Below are positions 19,793 through 29,757 of a stretch of 64,000 nt of DNA, in pieces. The DNA comes from Methylotenera sp. (GTDB lineage Bacteria; Pseudomonadota; Gammaproteobacteria; Burkholderiales; Methylophilaceae): positions 28,104 to 92,103 of the forward strand of contig JAYVLK010000010.1 in the NCBI GenBank assembly GCA_043759515.1. Reading direction: 5' to 3'. How positions within the stretch are numbered: position 1 is the stretch's first letter; each line of letters opens with the position of its first letter. The notes below the pieces were generated by a model. That model was not told the DNA's origin. It worked only from the letters and a program-made list of their open reading frames with translations, and did no database searches. Both the position numbers and the translations under genes were made by a program.

Positions 19793-21103
19793 ATGAAATC
19801 TTGCGCCATTTTGGCATTAAATAGCGGTTCTACATCGCTAAAATTTGGGTTTTATCGCATTGAATCGTCGTTAATGGATGACTTTACGCAACCGCAATTT
19901 GTTAGCGAAACCCAGTTAAATGCCAGTGTAGAGCCAGAACATTTTAATTTTGTGACTTTGTTTGAAGGCGAAATCTCTTTTACTGCCGCAAAGTTAGGCC
20001 AGATAATCATTAAAGATGCTCAACATTCAATTTTATTATCAACTAACTTATTAATTGGCCAACCAGACGATGCGCTTAAACATATCTTGCATTATCTGGC
20101 GCAAAGTTCTACCCCAAAGCCGCAAGCGATCGTGCATCGCGTGGTGCACGGTGGGCCGCATTTGCGAGCGCATTGTTTGCTAAACGATAAAGTGGTGCGA
20201 GAACTTGAGCTAGCCACCCCCTATGCAATTTTGCATAATCAGGCTAGTTTAAATATCATCAAAACCACGCGTAAAAAATTTCCAAAATTGCCGCAAGTTC
20301 TTTGTTTTGATACTGTTTTTCATACTAATATGCCTGCCATTGCTAGTCATTTGCCATTGCCAACCTACTTGTATGATTTAGGCATTAAACGCTATGGTTT
20401 TCACGGTTTATCTTGCGAATCAGTTCTGACGCAGATTAAAACGCACGCACCAAAGTTTGAATCTGCACGCTTGATCATCGCGCATTTAGGCGGCGGGTGC
20501 AGCATTACAGCCGTTAAAAATGGCCAATCTGTTGACACTACAATGGGGCTAACACCTAGCGGTGGTGTAATGATGGGCTCACGATGTGGCGATATTGACC
20601 CTGGTTTGTTGATTTATTTAATGCGTGAAAAAAACATGGATTGCGACGCATTAGAACAATTATTCAATCATGAATCTGGTTTATTAGGCGTATCTGAGTT
20701 AAGTAGTGATATGCGCGAATTACGTAAAGTGTGTAATGAAAATACCAGTGAACATATTAGTGCGCAACCAGTTAGTGCGCAATTAGCGATCAACTTATTT
20801 TGTAGTCAAATAGCTAAGTCAATAGCTGCAATGGCTAGCGTGTTAAACGGTGTAGATGTAATTGTATTTACAGGTGGGATTGGCCAAAACGATCATCAAA
20901 CGCGCTCTGCTATTTGTGCGCAACTGGGTTTTATGGGTGTTGCTATCAAAGATTATAGCCATCAATTAATGGCTGAAACTAACGCAATCCAAACCATTAA
21001 TGATGAAGCATCAACCATACAAATATTACTAATAAAGTCGAACGAGAATCACTGCATGGTAAAACATGCGTTTGAGCTTATAGATTTGCATATGCAATTT
21101 TAA
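19793..21103 (+). CDS. ackA: Acetate kinase
   Basis: LNSGSTSLK, HRVVHGG, FDTVFH, RYGFHGLS, MGLTP. Confidence 0.93.
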   Translation: MKSCAILALNSGSTSLKFGFYRIESSLMDDFTQPQFVSETQLNASVEPEHFNFVTLFEGEISFTAAKLGQIIIKDAQHSILLSTNLLIGQPDDALKHILHYLAQSSTPKPQAIVHRVVHGGPHLRAHCLLNDKVVRELELATPYAILHNQASLNIIKTTRKKFPKLPQVLCFDTVFHTNMPAIASHLPLPTYLYDLGIKRYGFHGLSCESVLTQIKTHAPKFESARLIIAHLGGGCSITAVKNGQSVDTTMGLTPSGGVMMGSRCGDIDPGLLIYLMREKNMDCDALEQLFNHESGLLGVSELSSDMRELRKVCNENTSEHISAQPVSAQLAINLFCSQIAKSIAAMASVLNGVDVIVFTGGIGQNDHQTRSAICAQLGFMGVAIKDYSHQLMAETNAIQTINDEASTIQILLIKSNENHCMVKHAFELIDLHMQF

Positions 21104-21145
21104 ATAATGACGAAAGGTCAAAAAAATGAAAAGTTTGTCTAAAAC

Positions 21146-23845
21146 TTAATGCAAATCATCATTTGTTAATAGTTTAAATTCCACCCAAAACTCGCTACCC
21201 ACCCCAACGATACTTTCCACACCAATAATGCCTTGCATCAGTTCCACTAGCCTTTTGCTTACTACCAAACCAATGCCAGTGCCTTCTACGGCGCTAAATT
21301 GTTTATCCAAACGGTTAAAAGGCTGAAAAAGTTGTGTCAATTCTTCGCAACTCAAACCATGCCCTGTATCTTTTACGCTAATTCTTAATTTATTGTCCTT
21401 TTGGCTGCAATCCATATCAACCGCGCCACCTTTTTTATTATATTTAATAGCATTAGATAATAAATTAATAAAAATCTGTTTTAAGCGGGTTTTATCAGCC
21501 AAAATATAGTGCTGACAATCTAGTGTATTGATTTGCAAATTTATTTCATATTGCTCAGCCTGTTGCGCTAACAAATCTTTGCATTCCTGCATTATTTTTT
21601 TGACATCAATTTGTTCTAAAACTAGATTTTGTTGGCCAGATTCTATTTGCGCTAGGTCTAAAATTTCGTTAATCAACTCAAGCAAATGCCAGCCGCCGTG
21701 CAATATTTGCGCTACATTTTTTTGTTGCATGTCAGATATTGCAGGCTGGCTAATTTGTAATAATTGCGCAAAACCCAATATCGCATTTAGTGGCGTGCGT
21801 AATTCATGGCTCATGCGCGACAAAAATTCTGATTTTGCTAAATTTGCTTTTTCGGCTGCTACTTTTGCTTCTTGTAATTCAATATTATTAGAAAAAAGCA
21901 CATCTTCAGCAGTTTTTCTATCTGTAATATCAATCAAGCAGCTCATTGCACCAATAATCTTGCCACGGCCATTTTTTAAAGGCACCACGTTGGCAATCAC
22001 ATTTATCTTAGTGCCATCTAGTCTTTCAAAAATCGCTTCTATATCTTGTGCTGCTGGCATTTCACCATTTAAAACTTTAGCAACAGAGGTTTCTGCATGT
22101 AATACAAATTTTCCATCTGGCGTATACACTTTATAAGCACAACAATATTGATCAGCTGGGTCACCACGTACAGGTTCTCGCCCCCACATTTTTACAGCAT
22201 TGCGATTAAATTCTTGAATAGTGCCCTGCGCATCCACGGTGTACATGGCTACAGGACCTAACTCAAACAAAGCTTGGAAACGTTCTTGAGTTTCACGTAA
22301 TAGGTTTTGCGCAAGCTTACGATTCGTTATGTCTCTTGCTGCACCAAACCATTCTGTGATGTCGCCTTGTTTATTAAATAAGGGTACAGCGCGTGAAAAC
22401 GTCCAGCCAATGCTTTTATCTGCACGAATAACTTGGTGTTCCATTTCAAATATAGTTTTTGTTTGAATAGCTTGTTTAATTTTTGCATTTACGGCGTCTT
22501 GATCAAATGGGTGAATATATTCTTGCAACCAATTAGCGTTGGTATTTTTAGTGTCAACAATAAAATTTTTGCCATGCAATTGGTTCATCTCACGCCAATC
22601 GGCGCTCATACTGTAAATAACATCTGAGCTAGACATGACAAATGCCTCAAAGCGCTCCTGATTTTCTATCAAAGCAAGTTGCGCCAATTTACGGTCGGTA
22701 ATATTGTTAAATAAAATAGCAATTTTATTTAATTCTGGCGTTTTAATTCTAAAAGCATAAATATCAAACCAACTATTTAATTCTGGCACTTCATGTTCAA
22801 ATCGAATCGGCTCGCCAGTTAAAGCCACTTGCCCGTAGGTTGCAATTAAACCAGGATTGAAATCAGGAAATAATTCTAATATGGTTTTGCCAGTGGCATT
22901 TTTAACCCCCGATTGCTGTTCAAATGCATCGTTTACTTCTAAAAAACGATAATCTACCGCTCTAAAGTGCGCGTCATAAAGCATTTCTACAACGCAATAA
23001 CCCTCATCCATACAGTTAAATAACGTATGGTAACGATCTTCACTTGCAGTGATTTTTTGCTGCGTTAATATGCGTTGTGAGATCTCTTGAAAATAGCACA
23101 CTACGCCTAATTTACCGTTTGGCAACAGTATGCGATTAATTTGCCAGTCATAATATTCAGCTGCCCCACGATCAATACGCAGCCCAGTCATTTCAGCCTG
23201 TACATATGGCTCGCCCGTAACAAGCGTATGCTGGAATTTTTCGATTATTTCGTCGGCTACAAAAGTTGGCCAAAATAGGCGCATCACATCACCAAAATTG
23301 CGGCCAATTAAATTGGGAACTTGATTAAATGTTGGAAGCGCGTACGGATTCACTTGGCAAATAATGAATTGATCATCGATCAGGTAAATGCCAAATGGCG
23401 CGGCATTGAGTAGGCATTCAAATTGTTGAGTTCGAATTTGCAAATCTTGTTCAGTTTTTTTACGCTCAGTAATATCACGTCCAGAAGCGTACATTAATTG
23501 TTCTTCTACCACTGAAACGGTGCTCCATAATATCCAGCGCACAGAGCCATCTTTACACAACAAGCGATTTTCAAAAGCACTGGTATTGTGACCATTGACT
23601 AACTTTGTTACTAAATTTTGTGATATTTCATGGTCATCAATATGCACAAACTCAATAAATGGTTTGGCTAATAACTCGTCAGTGGTGTAGCCAAGCGTTT
23701 TCTCCCAAGCGCTATTTAGTTTTTTAAAGTAGCCATCAAAACCTGCCGTGCACAGCATTTCTTGCGACAATTCAAAAAAATGGTCGTTGTCACTTGCAAC
23801 AGGTTTTACAATAGCAGGCAAAGAATCAATATGTTGAGTCATCAT
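21146..23845 (-). CDS. Cytoplasmic multi-PAS histidine kinase
   Basis: Several PAS/PAC repeats ending DITxRK; FLSRMSHELRTPLN; NLLSNAIKY; GTGIGL. Confidence 0.92.
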   Translation of the reverse strand: MMTQHIDSLPAIVKPVASDNDHFFELSQEMLCTAGFDGYFKKLNSAWEKTLGYTTDELLAKPFIEFVHIDDHEISQNLVTKLVNGHNTSAFENRLLCKDGSVRWILWSTVSVVEEQLMYASGRDITERKKTEQDLQIRTQQFECLLNAAPFGIYLIDDQFIICQVNPYALPTFNQVPNLIGRNFGDVMRLFWPTFVADEIIEKFQHTLVTGEPYVQAEMTGLRIDRGAAEYYDWQINRILLPNGKLGVVCYFQEISQRILTQQKITASEDRYHTLFNCMDEGYCVVEMLYDAHFRAVDYRFLEVNDAFEQQSGVKNATGKTILELFPDFNPGLIATYGQVALTGEPIRFEHEVPELNSWFDIYAFRIKTPELNKIAILFNNITDRKLAQLALIENQERFEAFVMSSSDVIYSMSADWREMNQLHGKNFIVDTKNTNANWLQEYIHPFDQDAVNAKIKQAIQTKTIFEMEHQVIRADKSIGWTFSRAVPLFNKQGDITEWFGAARDITNRKLAQNLLRETQERFQALFELGPVAMYTVDAQGTIQEFNRNAVKMWGREPVRGDPADQYCCAYKVYTPDGKFVLHAETSVAKVLNGEMPAAQDIEAIFERLDGTKINVIANVVPLKNGRGKIIGAMSCLIDITDRKTAEDVLFSNNIELQEAKVAAEKANLAKSEFLSRMSHELRTPLNAILGFAQLLQISQPAISDMQQKNVAQILHGGWHLLELINEILDLAQIESGQQNLVLEQIDVKKIMQECKDLLAQQAEQYEINLQINTLDCQHYILADKTRLKQIFINLLSNAIKYNKKGGAVDMDCSQKDNKLRISVKDTGHGLSCEELTQLFQPFNRLDKQFSAVEGTGIGLVVSKRLVELMQGIIGVESIVGVGSEFWVEFKLLTNDDLH

Positions 23846-23925
23846 GTTTAATTATGGTTAAGCTTGTGAATTAAAAAGTTGCTTTTAAATTTTATTCTAA
23901 ATTCATGTTACTTATAAATTTATTT

Positions 23926-25116
23926 TTAGCGCTCGTTAGAATAACCAATGATGCCTAAAAATGTTCTAACAAGCCCGTAAACCAACCATGAAACACCGCG
24001 CTTGATTCTGTTACCTATCAACCATTGTTGGGCGTCAACTTTGCAAGCACCGATACGAATTGAATTAATAATTTCTTCACGCAATTCTTGTGCAAAACCG
24101 TGATCTTCAACCACAATATTAGCTTCGCGCGCTAGCATCATGCTAAAAGGGTCAATATTAGACGAGCCAACTGTTGACCAATAGCCATCAATAACCGCCA
24201 CTTTACAATGCATAAAACTTTTACGGTATTCATAAATGTGAATGCCATTTTTTAAAAAAAGGCTATAAAAAGCGTGGGTTGCAAACATTAAAAAATATTC
24301 CATGCGCCCTTGTAAAAGCAGTTCAATTTGCACATTTCTTTTTGCGGCATTTAGCAAGGCTACTCTAAAGCGCCTGCCTGGTACGAAATAAGCGTTTGCG
24401 ATGATTATTTCGGTTTTGGCCTTGTTAATCGCATCTAAATAAGCGTTTTCAATCGCATATCTGTTCATTACGTTATCGCGTAATACAAAAGCAGCGCGCA
24501 TGGCTGTAGTAATTGATTTAGTGGCGATTTGTGCGTTTGCAGCTAGTATTTTAGGCGCAAGTTTGGTTATTGGCCCATTAAACCGCCTAAATGCCATGCG
24601 ATGCCATAAATTAGTTACACTCATTGCAATACGTGGTAACAGCGCGCCTTCAACACGCACGGCGTAATCTATACGCGGTGGTGTGTTGTCGGGCACGTTG
24701 TAATCATCAATAATATTAATGCCGCCCACAAAAGCGATTTTTTCATCAATTACCGCGATTTTGCGGTGCATGCGCCGTAGCCGATTTTTTTTGAGCGTCC
24801 AAGGCGATATTTTTGGGCGGTAAAACATCAGTTGTACGCCAGTGTTTTCTAGCTCTTTAATATAAGCGCTTGGCATATCCTTGCAGCCAAAGCCGTCTAG
24901 CAAAATATTTACAGTTACCCCACGAAGCGCTGCTTGTTTAAGCGCATTACCAACATTAATGCCTGCTATATCTAGCTCAAAAATATAAGTTTGCAAGTAA
25001 ATGGTTTGCCTGGCTGCATTGATTGCAGCAACAAGCGCAGGAAAATAGGCTTGCCCACCACGAAGCAATTGTATGAAATTGCCCGATGAAAATTGAGGTT
25101 TAAATAAATTATTCAT
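23926..25116 (-). CDS. clsB: Cardiolipin synthase B
   Basis: Two HKD motifs (MHRKIAVID, MHCKVAVID); lies downstream of a ybhP-like gene. Confidence 0.9.
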   Translation of the reverse strand: MNNLFKPQFSSGNFIQLLRGGQAYFPALVAAINAARQTIYLQTYIFELDIAGINVGNALKQAALRGVTVNILLDGFGCKDMPSAYIKELENTGVQLMFYRPKISPWTLKKNRLRRMHRKIAVIDEKIAFVGGINIIDDYNVPDNTPPRIDYAVRVEGALLPRIAMSVTNLWHRMAFRRFNGPITKLAPKILAANAQIATKSITTAMRAAFVLRDNVMNRYAIENAYLDAINKAKTEIIIANAYFVPGRRFRVALLNAAKRNVQIELLLQGRMEYFLMFATHAFYSLFLKNGIHIYEYRKSFMHCKVAVIDGYWSTVGSSNIDPFSMMLAREANIVVEDHGFAQELREEIINSIRIGACKVDAQQWLIGNRIKRGVSWLVYGLVRTFLGIIGYSNER

Positions 25117-25170
25117 GGTTTAAAAAACATATTTATTAAATCATCATCTAGCAAATCATACCTTGATAAA

Positions 25171-25923
25171 TCACAATTTAGTTAGCGTGGCAGATAAAAC
25201 AGCATGATCAGATAATTGTATAAATTGTGGGCCAGAGTGTGTTTGCGCGTGTTTAACGCTAAAACCACGTACGTAGATTCTATCAAGGCGCAGCATGGGC
25301 AACCAAGATGGAAAACTGCGCGCAGGCTTGCCCGCGTGGCGCTCAAAAACCTCATGCACCTTTAAGCGCGCTGCAAAAGATAAACCGCCTTGCAAGCTCC
25401 AATCGTTAAAATCGCCTGCAATAATCAATGGTGCGTTAGCGGGTACGTTTTGGTCAATAAATTTCGCCACCATTTCTAGTTGTTGGCGTCTCCAGCTAGC
25501 AAATAAGCCAAAGTGCACGCACACGGTATGTAGCGGCTCAACCCAATTTGGTAAATTAATTTCGCAGTGCAACATGCCGCGCTGTTCTGAAGTGTGAGCC
25601 GAAATATCTTCATTATGGGTTTTAATAATGGGGAATTTAGATAACAAAGCGTTGCCATGATGACCCGCTGGGTAGACTGAATTTTTGCCATAAGCAAATT
25701 CTGGCCAAACGGCATCGGCTAAAAATTCTACCTGCCCAGCTATTGGCCACTGTGTATATCGTTGGCTGTTGGGCAAGTGCACATCCTGCACTTCTTGCAA
25801 AAAAACCAGATCAACTTGCAACTTACGTAAAAGTTCGCGCTGGCGATGTAGTGCAAAACGTGCGTTAAATTGTGTGACTCCTTTATGAATATTGAAAGTA
25901 GCGATGCGAATGGTGTTGTGCAA
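25171..25923 (-). CDS. Endonuclease/exonuclease/phosphatase family (YbhP-like)
   Basis: TFNIHKG, LQEV, HGNALLS, AGDFNDW, LDRIY, SDH. Confidence 0.9.
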   Translation of the reverse strand: MHNTIRIATFNIHKGVTQFNARFALHRQRELLRKLQVDLVFLQEVQDVHLPNSQRYTQWPIAGQVEFLADAVWPEFAYGKNSVYPAGHHGNALLSKFPIIKTHNEDISAHTSEQRGMLHCEINLPNWVEPLHTVCVHFGLFASWRRQQLEMVAKFIDQNVPANAPLIIAGDFNDWSLQGGLSFAARLKVHEVFERHAGKPARSFPSWLPMLRLDRIYVRGFSVKHAQTHSGPQFIQLSDHAVLSATLTKL

Positions 25924-26089
25924 GTTGGTCTCTTGAATTTAAGCAATTTTGTTGCGTGTTTGGATAGCTTAACGCTAAACATGTTCATAAAGATAGGCTG
26001 CAAGTTGTAAATTAGCCAAACAAATCAATTTGTTTGTATTAAAAAACGTGCTGTTGATTGTATTAAAACTTGTCTATATGAATTTTATT

Positions 26090-26105
26090 TGTACGCTAAC
26101 GCACA
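26090..26105 (+). promoter_or_regulatory. Crp-variant site with a perfect -10
   Basis: TGTAC-GCTAAC-GCACA; TATAAT at 26127 (21 bp). Confidence 0.75.
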
Positions 26106-26235
26106 TAAAATATTGGCTAGTTTTTTTATAATGATTCTAATTTGTTATTTTATTAATTTGCTTAAAATTAGATTAATAAGCATTCATTTAAAAGTACATA
26201 AGACACGTGATTAAAGTAATTTTATTAGGCTAAAC

Positions 26236-27834
26236 ATGAACGAATTTGAAATTAAGTTTGAAGTACCTGACGCCAGTTTAGCCAAATTATTAGCGGCTGT
26301 TAGAGCCAAAAAAGCGCAGCTGCAATTATTACAAGCGTGTTATTTCGATACAAGAGATCAAATGCTTGCCAAGCACGGCGTGGTGATAAGGTTGCGGCGC
26401 GAAAACGATGTTTGGGTGCAAACAGTTAAAGCATCAACCAGTAACGCGCTAGAAAGGTTAGAGCATAATTTAACCATTGAAAATACTTCAAATGTTAACG
26501 ATTTCGTTATGCCTGATATCAATTTATCACAAAAATTGCCTAAAGATATTAAACAATTATTAGAATTAATTTTGAAAATAAATTTAAACGCGCAAGCGCC
26601 TGCATTAATACCTGTTTATGAAACCGATGTGCAACGGCTTAAATTTAATGTGATGCATTCTGGGTCACTTATAGAAATTGCATTAGATCAAGGCATGGTT
26701 GAAAGCAATGGTAAATCTGCCGCTTTATGTGAATTAGAGTTTGAATTAAAAGAGGGCAAGCCTGAACATGTTGTGGCAGTTGCTAGAAAATGGCGCGCAT
26801 TATATGGCTTGCACGTAAGTACTATTAGCAAATCGATGAAAGGCCAGCGTTTGTGGGGTGATTTAGGCGTTAATGTTATTGAGGCAAAGGTCAATGTTGC
26901 CGCTAATCAAAAGCCAGCTCAACATGCAAATGCATTAGTAAAATCTGTATTTTCATCTTGCATTAATCAAATGCTAGCCAATGCCAGCGAATTGGCGATT
27001 AATGCAGATATTAAGCCAGATAAATCGCTGGCCGAAATTCAAAAAGAGACTGATTGTATCCATCAGCTACGCGTAGCTATTAGGCGCTTACGCGTGGCGC
27101 TTCGAGAATTTAAAAGCTTGGTTGATACTATTAATCCAGCTTGGGAAAAACCTCTTATTGATATATTTAGAGAATTAGGAAAACGCCGCGATGCTGATCA
27201 CTTGATGCACGAATTACAACCTGCAATGATTAAAAATGGTAGCCCAGCATTTAAATTACAGGCAAGTGCTGGCAAGGCAGTTAATGTGAGCGCAGTGGTG
27301 TTATCAGAGAAATTTCAAGATACTTTGTTGTGTTTAATAGGCTTTGTTAATAGTCAGCCGCTAATCGCGCAAACGGGCAAAGCAAATAAAGGAGAGGCAA
27401 GTATAGGCGATGCAAAAATAAATAAGCTGCTAAAAAAGCGGTTAAATCATTGGTATAAAAAGAGCATTGAGCAAGGCGAAAACTTTGTGAAGCTTACGCA
27501 AACACAACAACATGACGTACGCAAAGTGTTTAAAAAGCTGCGTTATTTAAGTGAGTTTTCAGTGTCATATTTTGTTGATTCTGACAAAAAAAACAGCCGT
27601 GCCGAATCATTTAGTGCAAGTTTAAAACCTGTGCAAGACGCGTTAGGTTCTTATAATGATGAGCTAGTTGCACTAGAAACTTTTAAAAATTTAGCCAAGA
27701 ATGAGCCAAAAGCTTTGTATAGCGTAGGCTGGTTAAGTGCTAGACGTGAAATAAACGCTAAAAAATGCCAGCAAGCGATTGACGTTTTTATTGACAAAAC
27801 CAGATGTAAAAAACTGTTTTGGCAAATGAATTGA
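26236..27834 (+). CDS. CYTH + CHAD domain protein (YgiF-like triphosphatase)
   Basis: EFEIKF, YFDT, RLRRE, ELEFELK; CHAD motifs IHQLRVAIRRLR and QDALGSYND. Confidence 0.9.
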   Translation: MNEFEIKFEVPDASLAKLLAAVRAKKAQLQLLQACYFDTRDQMLAKHGVVIRLRRENDVWVQTVKASTSNALERLEHNLTIENTSNVNDFVMPDINLSQKLPKDIKQLLELILKINLNAQAPALIPVYETDVQRLKFNVMHSGSLIEIALDQGMVESNGKSAALCELEFELKEGKPEHVVAVARKWRALYGLHVSTISKSMKGQRLWGDLGVNVIEAKVNVAANQKPAQHANALVKSVFSSCINQMLANASELAINADIKPDKSLAEIQKETDCIHQLRVAIRRLRVALREFKSLVDTINPAWEKPLIDIFRELGKRRDADHLMHELQPAMIKNGSPAFKLQASAGKAVNVSAVVLSEKFQDTLLCLIGFVNSQPLIAQTGKANKGEASIGDAKINKLLKKRLNHWYKKSIEQGENFVKLTQTQQHDVRKVFKKLRYLSEFSVSYFVDSDKKNSRAESFSASLKPVQDALGSYNDELVALETFKNLAKNEPKALYSVGWLSARREINAKKCQQAIDVFIDKTRCKKLFWQMN

Positions 27835-27881
27835 CCATTACAAATTTAATACATAAATAGTTTGGTTTAACCTAATAAATA

Positions 27882-28754
27882 ATGCAATCTTTATACAAGC
27901 TTTTTAAAAACACTTTTCAAGGTTGGATCAACGATTACGCCGCTAGCATGGGCGCAGCGCTGGCTTTTTACACGCTCTTTTCTATTGCGCCTTTGTTACT
28001 TATCGTGCTATCAATTACAGGTTTTGTGTTTGGGGTAGAAGCCGCACGCGGTGAAGTAGCTGGGCAGCTAGAGAATTTGCTGGGCGAACAAGGGGCTTTG
28101 GCCGTACAAAGCTTATTACAAAATGTGAATAAACCTAAAGAGGGGTTGCTTGCCAGTATTATTGGCCTTGTATTGCTGCTAATAGGTGCCACTACAGTAT
28201 TTGCCGAATTACAAACTTCACTAGACCGCATTTGGCATGCACCAGAACGCGCAAAAGTAAACGGTTTTTATGCGTTGATTCGCGAACGCATATTGTCTTT
28301 TGGCTTGATTTTAGGCATCGGTTTTATTTTAATGGTGTCACTACTTTTTAGTGCCGCCCTTTCAGCTATGAATCATTGGTGGTCGCCACGATTTATGCAG
28401 TGGGAAACCATGCTTAATTTTATTAATATTGGATTTAGTTTTTTAATGACAACTGCCATGTTTGCGCTTATTTACAAGCTTATGCCAAGTGTAAAAATTC
28501 GCTGGAGCGAGGTTTGGGTAGGCGCTGTAATCACCGCTATTTTGTTTACTTTAGGCAAATATTTAATTGGCCTATATATTGGCCGAAGCGCGATCACATC
28601 AGGCTTTGGCGTTGCGGGTTCATTAGTTGCTTTGCTGGTTTGGGTTTATTATTCAGCGCAAATTTTTTTACTAGGCGCAGAATTCACTTGGGCCTATTCT
28701 AATATCTATGGTTCGCGTAAGGCAAGCACACTGCAATCTTCAATTAATCCTTAA
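27882..28754 (+). CDS. YihY/BrkB family membrane protein
   Basis: [15 protein letters not shown]...[18 protein letters not shown]. Confidence 0.92.
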   Translation: MQSLYKLFKNTFQGWINDYAASMGAALAFYTLFSIAPLLLIVLSITGFVFGVEAARGEVAGQLENLLGEQGALAVQSLLQNVNKPKEGLLASIIGLVLLLIGATTVFAELQTSLDRIWHAPERAKVNGFYALIRERILSFGLILGIGFILMVSLLFSAALSAMNHWWSPRFMQWETMLNFINIGFSFLMTTAMFALIYKLMPSVKIRWSEVWVGAVITAILFTLGKYLIGLYIGRSAITSGFGVAGSLVALLVWVYYSAQIFLLGAEFTWAYSNIYGSRKASTLQSSINP

Positions 28755-28778
28755 TAAAACCAATGGGTTATCTTTAAG

Positions 28779-28796
28779 CGTAAGGCATGGCTTACG
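28779..28796 (+). promoter_or_regulatory. GacA-box-like palindrome CGTAAG-GCATGG-CTTACG
   Basis: Perfect 6-bp arms upstream of Crp-2; TATTAT at 28816. Confidence 0.65.
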
Positions 28797-28860
28797 GTAA
28801 TTTAGGGTAGCTACTTATTATTAAAAAAAGTCATTAAAAGCATCATGGCGTCTCATTTAT

Positions 28861-29676
28861 ATGGGATCTCACATGAGTATTTTTACGCAAACTAGTTATT
28901 CTCGTTCTGATCTAATAACTCGCCAAAATGCGTTATTACAGCTAAATATTGACCAGCAGCAATGCAGTAATTTTCATCTTCAAAACAAATTACTAGCAGC
29001 TATTCCGCAGGCAGAATGGCACGAACTTGCGCCTGAATTGGAATTTGTAGAATTTAAAATGAATCAGATTTTGTACGAATCTGGCAAAACTCCGCTTTAT
29101 TTATACTTTCCAACCACTGCAGTTATTTCACTTTTTTATATGACGCAAGATGGCGCATCGTCTGAGCTTGCAGTTGTAGGCAATGATGGAGTCATTGGCA
29201 TTTCATTAGTGCTATCAGGCAGTAATATTGCTAATGAAGCCGTTGTGCACAGCGCGGGGCATGGTTATAGGCTACGTGCGTCATCGGTTAAAAAAGCGCT
29301 TAACCGCGATGGTGAACTACTGAGCATTTTATTACGTTATTCTCAATCGATGATCACTCAAATGACGCAAACAGCTGTATGTAATAGGCACCACTCTATT
29401 GATCAGCAATTGTGCCGTCGTTTGTTGTTAAGTTTAGATCGATTAAATTGTAATCAAATTACCATGACCCAAGAAATGCTAGCAAGCATGTTGGGTGTGC
29501 GACGCGAAAGTATTACCGATGCTGCACTAAAGCTACAAAATGCAGGGGTAATTAATTACAAGCGAGGTTTAATAACGGTGGCAGATCGTCGTGCACTAGA
29601 ACATCGCAGTTGCGAATGTTATGCAATAGCGACCAATGAACAACTGCGCTTGCAAGACATGGCGTTTAACTCTTAA
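28861..29676 (+). CDS. Crp/Fnr-family transcriptional regulator (Crp-2)
   Basis: QNKLLAAIP...CNRHH...TQEMLASMLGVRRESITDAA...SCECY. Confidence 0.93.
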   Translation: MGSHMSIFTQTSYSRSDLITRQNALLQLNIDQQQCSNFHLQNKLLAAIPQAEWHELAPELEFVEFKMNQILYESGKTPLYLYFPTTAVISLFYMTQDGASSELAVVGNDGVIGISLVLSGSNIANEAVVHSAGHGYRLRASSVKKALNRDGELLSILLRYSQSMITQMTQTAVCNRHHSIDQQLCRRLLLSLDRLNCNQITMTQEMLASMLGVRRESITDAALKLQNAGVINYKRGLITVADRRALEHRSCECYAIATNEQLRLQDMAFNS

Positions 29677-29694
29677 CTAACGTTTTATTGATAC

Positions 29695-29730
29695 AAAACG
29701 GCGTGTGCATAACTGGCAACACGCCGTTTT
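29695..29730 (+). terminator. Intrinsic terminator after Crp-2
   Basis: AAAACGGCGTGT...ACACGCCGTTTT. Confidence 0.7.
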
Positions 29731-29741
29731 GCTTTGTGCTA

Positions 29742-29757
29742 AGTGCGTTAACGTACA
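29742..29757 (+). promoter_or_regulatory. Crp-variant site upstream of glucan synthase
   Basis: AGTGC-GTTAAC-GTACA-GA; TAAGAT at 29779 (21 bp). Confidence 0.7.
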
